Part shown: positions 63,001 to 64,000 of the stretch, piece by piece
Layout of the letters: each line of letters starts with the position of its first letter
Position numbering within the stretch: the stretch's first letter is position 1
Source of the DNA: Tubiluchus corallicola
Taxonomy: Eukaryota > Animalia > Priapulida
Length of the DNA: 64,000 nucleotides
Direction of reading: 5' to 3'
Assembly (NCBI GenBank): GCA_030141605.1
Contig: JAQGDQ010000010.1
Coordinates: 620,001-684,000 of the forward strand
Notes under the pieces: generated by a model
Seen by the model: the letters and a program-made list of their open reading frames with translations, nothing else
Databases searched by the model: none
What the model was told of the DNA's origin: nothing
Program-made: the position numbers and the translations under genes

Positions 63001-64000
63001 ATAGATAACTAAACTTATTAACTACTTATATTATTTTTCTCATCATATAAAGTAAGTTTAATGTCCTATTTTTCTTCTTAAATGCCTCAGGATTAATTCC
63101 TGAGAGACGTAGTAAGATTGTAGTGTCCCCATAGGAGGTTGTTATATTAGCAGAAGTTACTTATTTATTAGACAATCTTAAAAAGCTGCTTTTTACTTAT
63201 GTTTAGACATGTTTTCTCCATTGTGTGAATGTAAATTATAGTCAAACATTTGTTAAATCTTTGTTGTTGTCACATTCGTTCGGTTTCAGGAGTAGACTTA
63301 GCTACACAGCTGGGGTTCGAAAATGCTAGCGATGCAGCACAGCGTGGTTATGTGTACACCAACAATCCCGTCGTTCAGATATTTCCAGATTACGATCTCA
63401 AGCTTCGACTGGCCATTAACACGGCCCAGTTTGGTCGCACATTCCAAGATAGGTAACTATTTTTTGTTGCTATAACATATCTGATTAACAATAAAGAGGT
63501 CAGATTCCATTTCTGGTTGGAGGAACTTTAGATGAAGTCTGTTTGTCTCTCTCGACTTATTAGCTGAATTCTAATAGACAGTCCATTTATTAGTAAACTG
63601 CTCTGTTAGCCATGTGAATGTGAAAGCTAAATGACATCATTGATATATTGGTGGGTAAGTTAATATCCTAATTAAGTGCAGCAACCTCACAATGGTGGTC
63701 ACAACCTCGCAATGGAAATCTAAGGCAAGGTCAACTACATATCATTTCTCTACAGTATAGGTAATTGTTTTGAACTTTGAAAGATTTTGGAGGATTGTTA
63801 ATGGATGTTTTTGACAAAACTATCTGTGTAATTTTGATGTGATTTGATAGACCACAAAACACTGCATCAGTAAAATAAAATTAAAAGAGATTGCTATGAT
63901 TCTTGCAGACTTTTAGGAACTTGTGTTGTATTTGTTTTTACTATTGTAAGAACTAAATTTGTTAGGTATTTTTGTATATTTAGATCTCATACTTTCGCAA
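54098..64000 (+). CDS. DD3-3-like secreted protein (uncharacterised family), first 10 coding exons, 3'-partial
   Basis: Exons 54098-54177, 57849-57989, 58500-58595, 59830-59968, 60954-61070, 61512-61673, 61999-62201, 62834-62949, 63290-63452, 63984->64000; all phases join. Signal peptide [19 protein letters not shown], then [117 protein letters not shown], recognised as DD3-3 family motifs. Confidence 0.85.
54403..55137 (+). mobile_element. Mutator-like MITE, copy 2 (intron after the first DD3-3-like coding exon)
   Basis: Near-identical to 14597-15328; flanked by CACAATTC (8 bp perfect, 9 bp with one mismatch). Confidence 0.9.
55140..56225. repeat. About 17-bp GGTAC-core tandem repeats followed by (ATC)/(AAC)/(ATG) low-complexity tracts
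   Basis: ggtacaagga / ggtacgaaga / ggtactatga / ggtacgagga units at 55147-55330; trinucleotide runs at 55600-56220. Confidence 0.65.
56329..56420 (+). mobile_element. Terminus of a pogo/Tigger-like element (extent unclear)
   Basis: TA|CAGTAGGCGCCGCTTAATAGACTCACTTTGGGACC...; reverse-complement match to 37570-37646. Confidence 0.5.

Overview
AT-rich, intron-rich animal (invertebrate-like) genomic DNA; no prokaryotic features. Joining exons by hand at GT/GC-AG sites, with reading-phase checks, gives five protein-coding genes. (1) SMIM15 (- strand, 2 coding exons, 76 aa). (2) A single-coding-exon C2H2 zinc-finger gene (-). (3) A complete 17-exon ADAM17/TACE-like sheddase (+, about 1059 aa); its cytoplasmic tail is expanded by about 14.5 tandem copies of an 18-aa basic, Ser-rich repeat. 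(4) A 12-exon MFSD5-like MFS transporter (-, 470 aa). (5) The first 10 exons of a secreted DD3-3-like protein (+), which runs off the right edge. A possible sixth gene runs off the left edge. Introns and intergenic DNA hold many non-autonomous DNA transposons with readable TIRs/TSDs (hAT, Mutator-like, pogo/Tc-like, TGT...ACA type), several of them nested. They also hold LINE reverse-transcriptase fragments, tRNA-derived SINE heads and microsatellites. Most unusual: the ADAM17 repeat tail, two GC-AG introns, a Mutator-like MITE carrying promoter motifs and a splice donor next to the 5' ends of two genes, and a candidate MFSD5/DD3-3 bidirectional promoter. Family names come from recognising motifs by eye, not from database searches.
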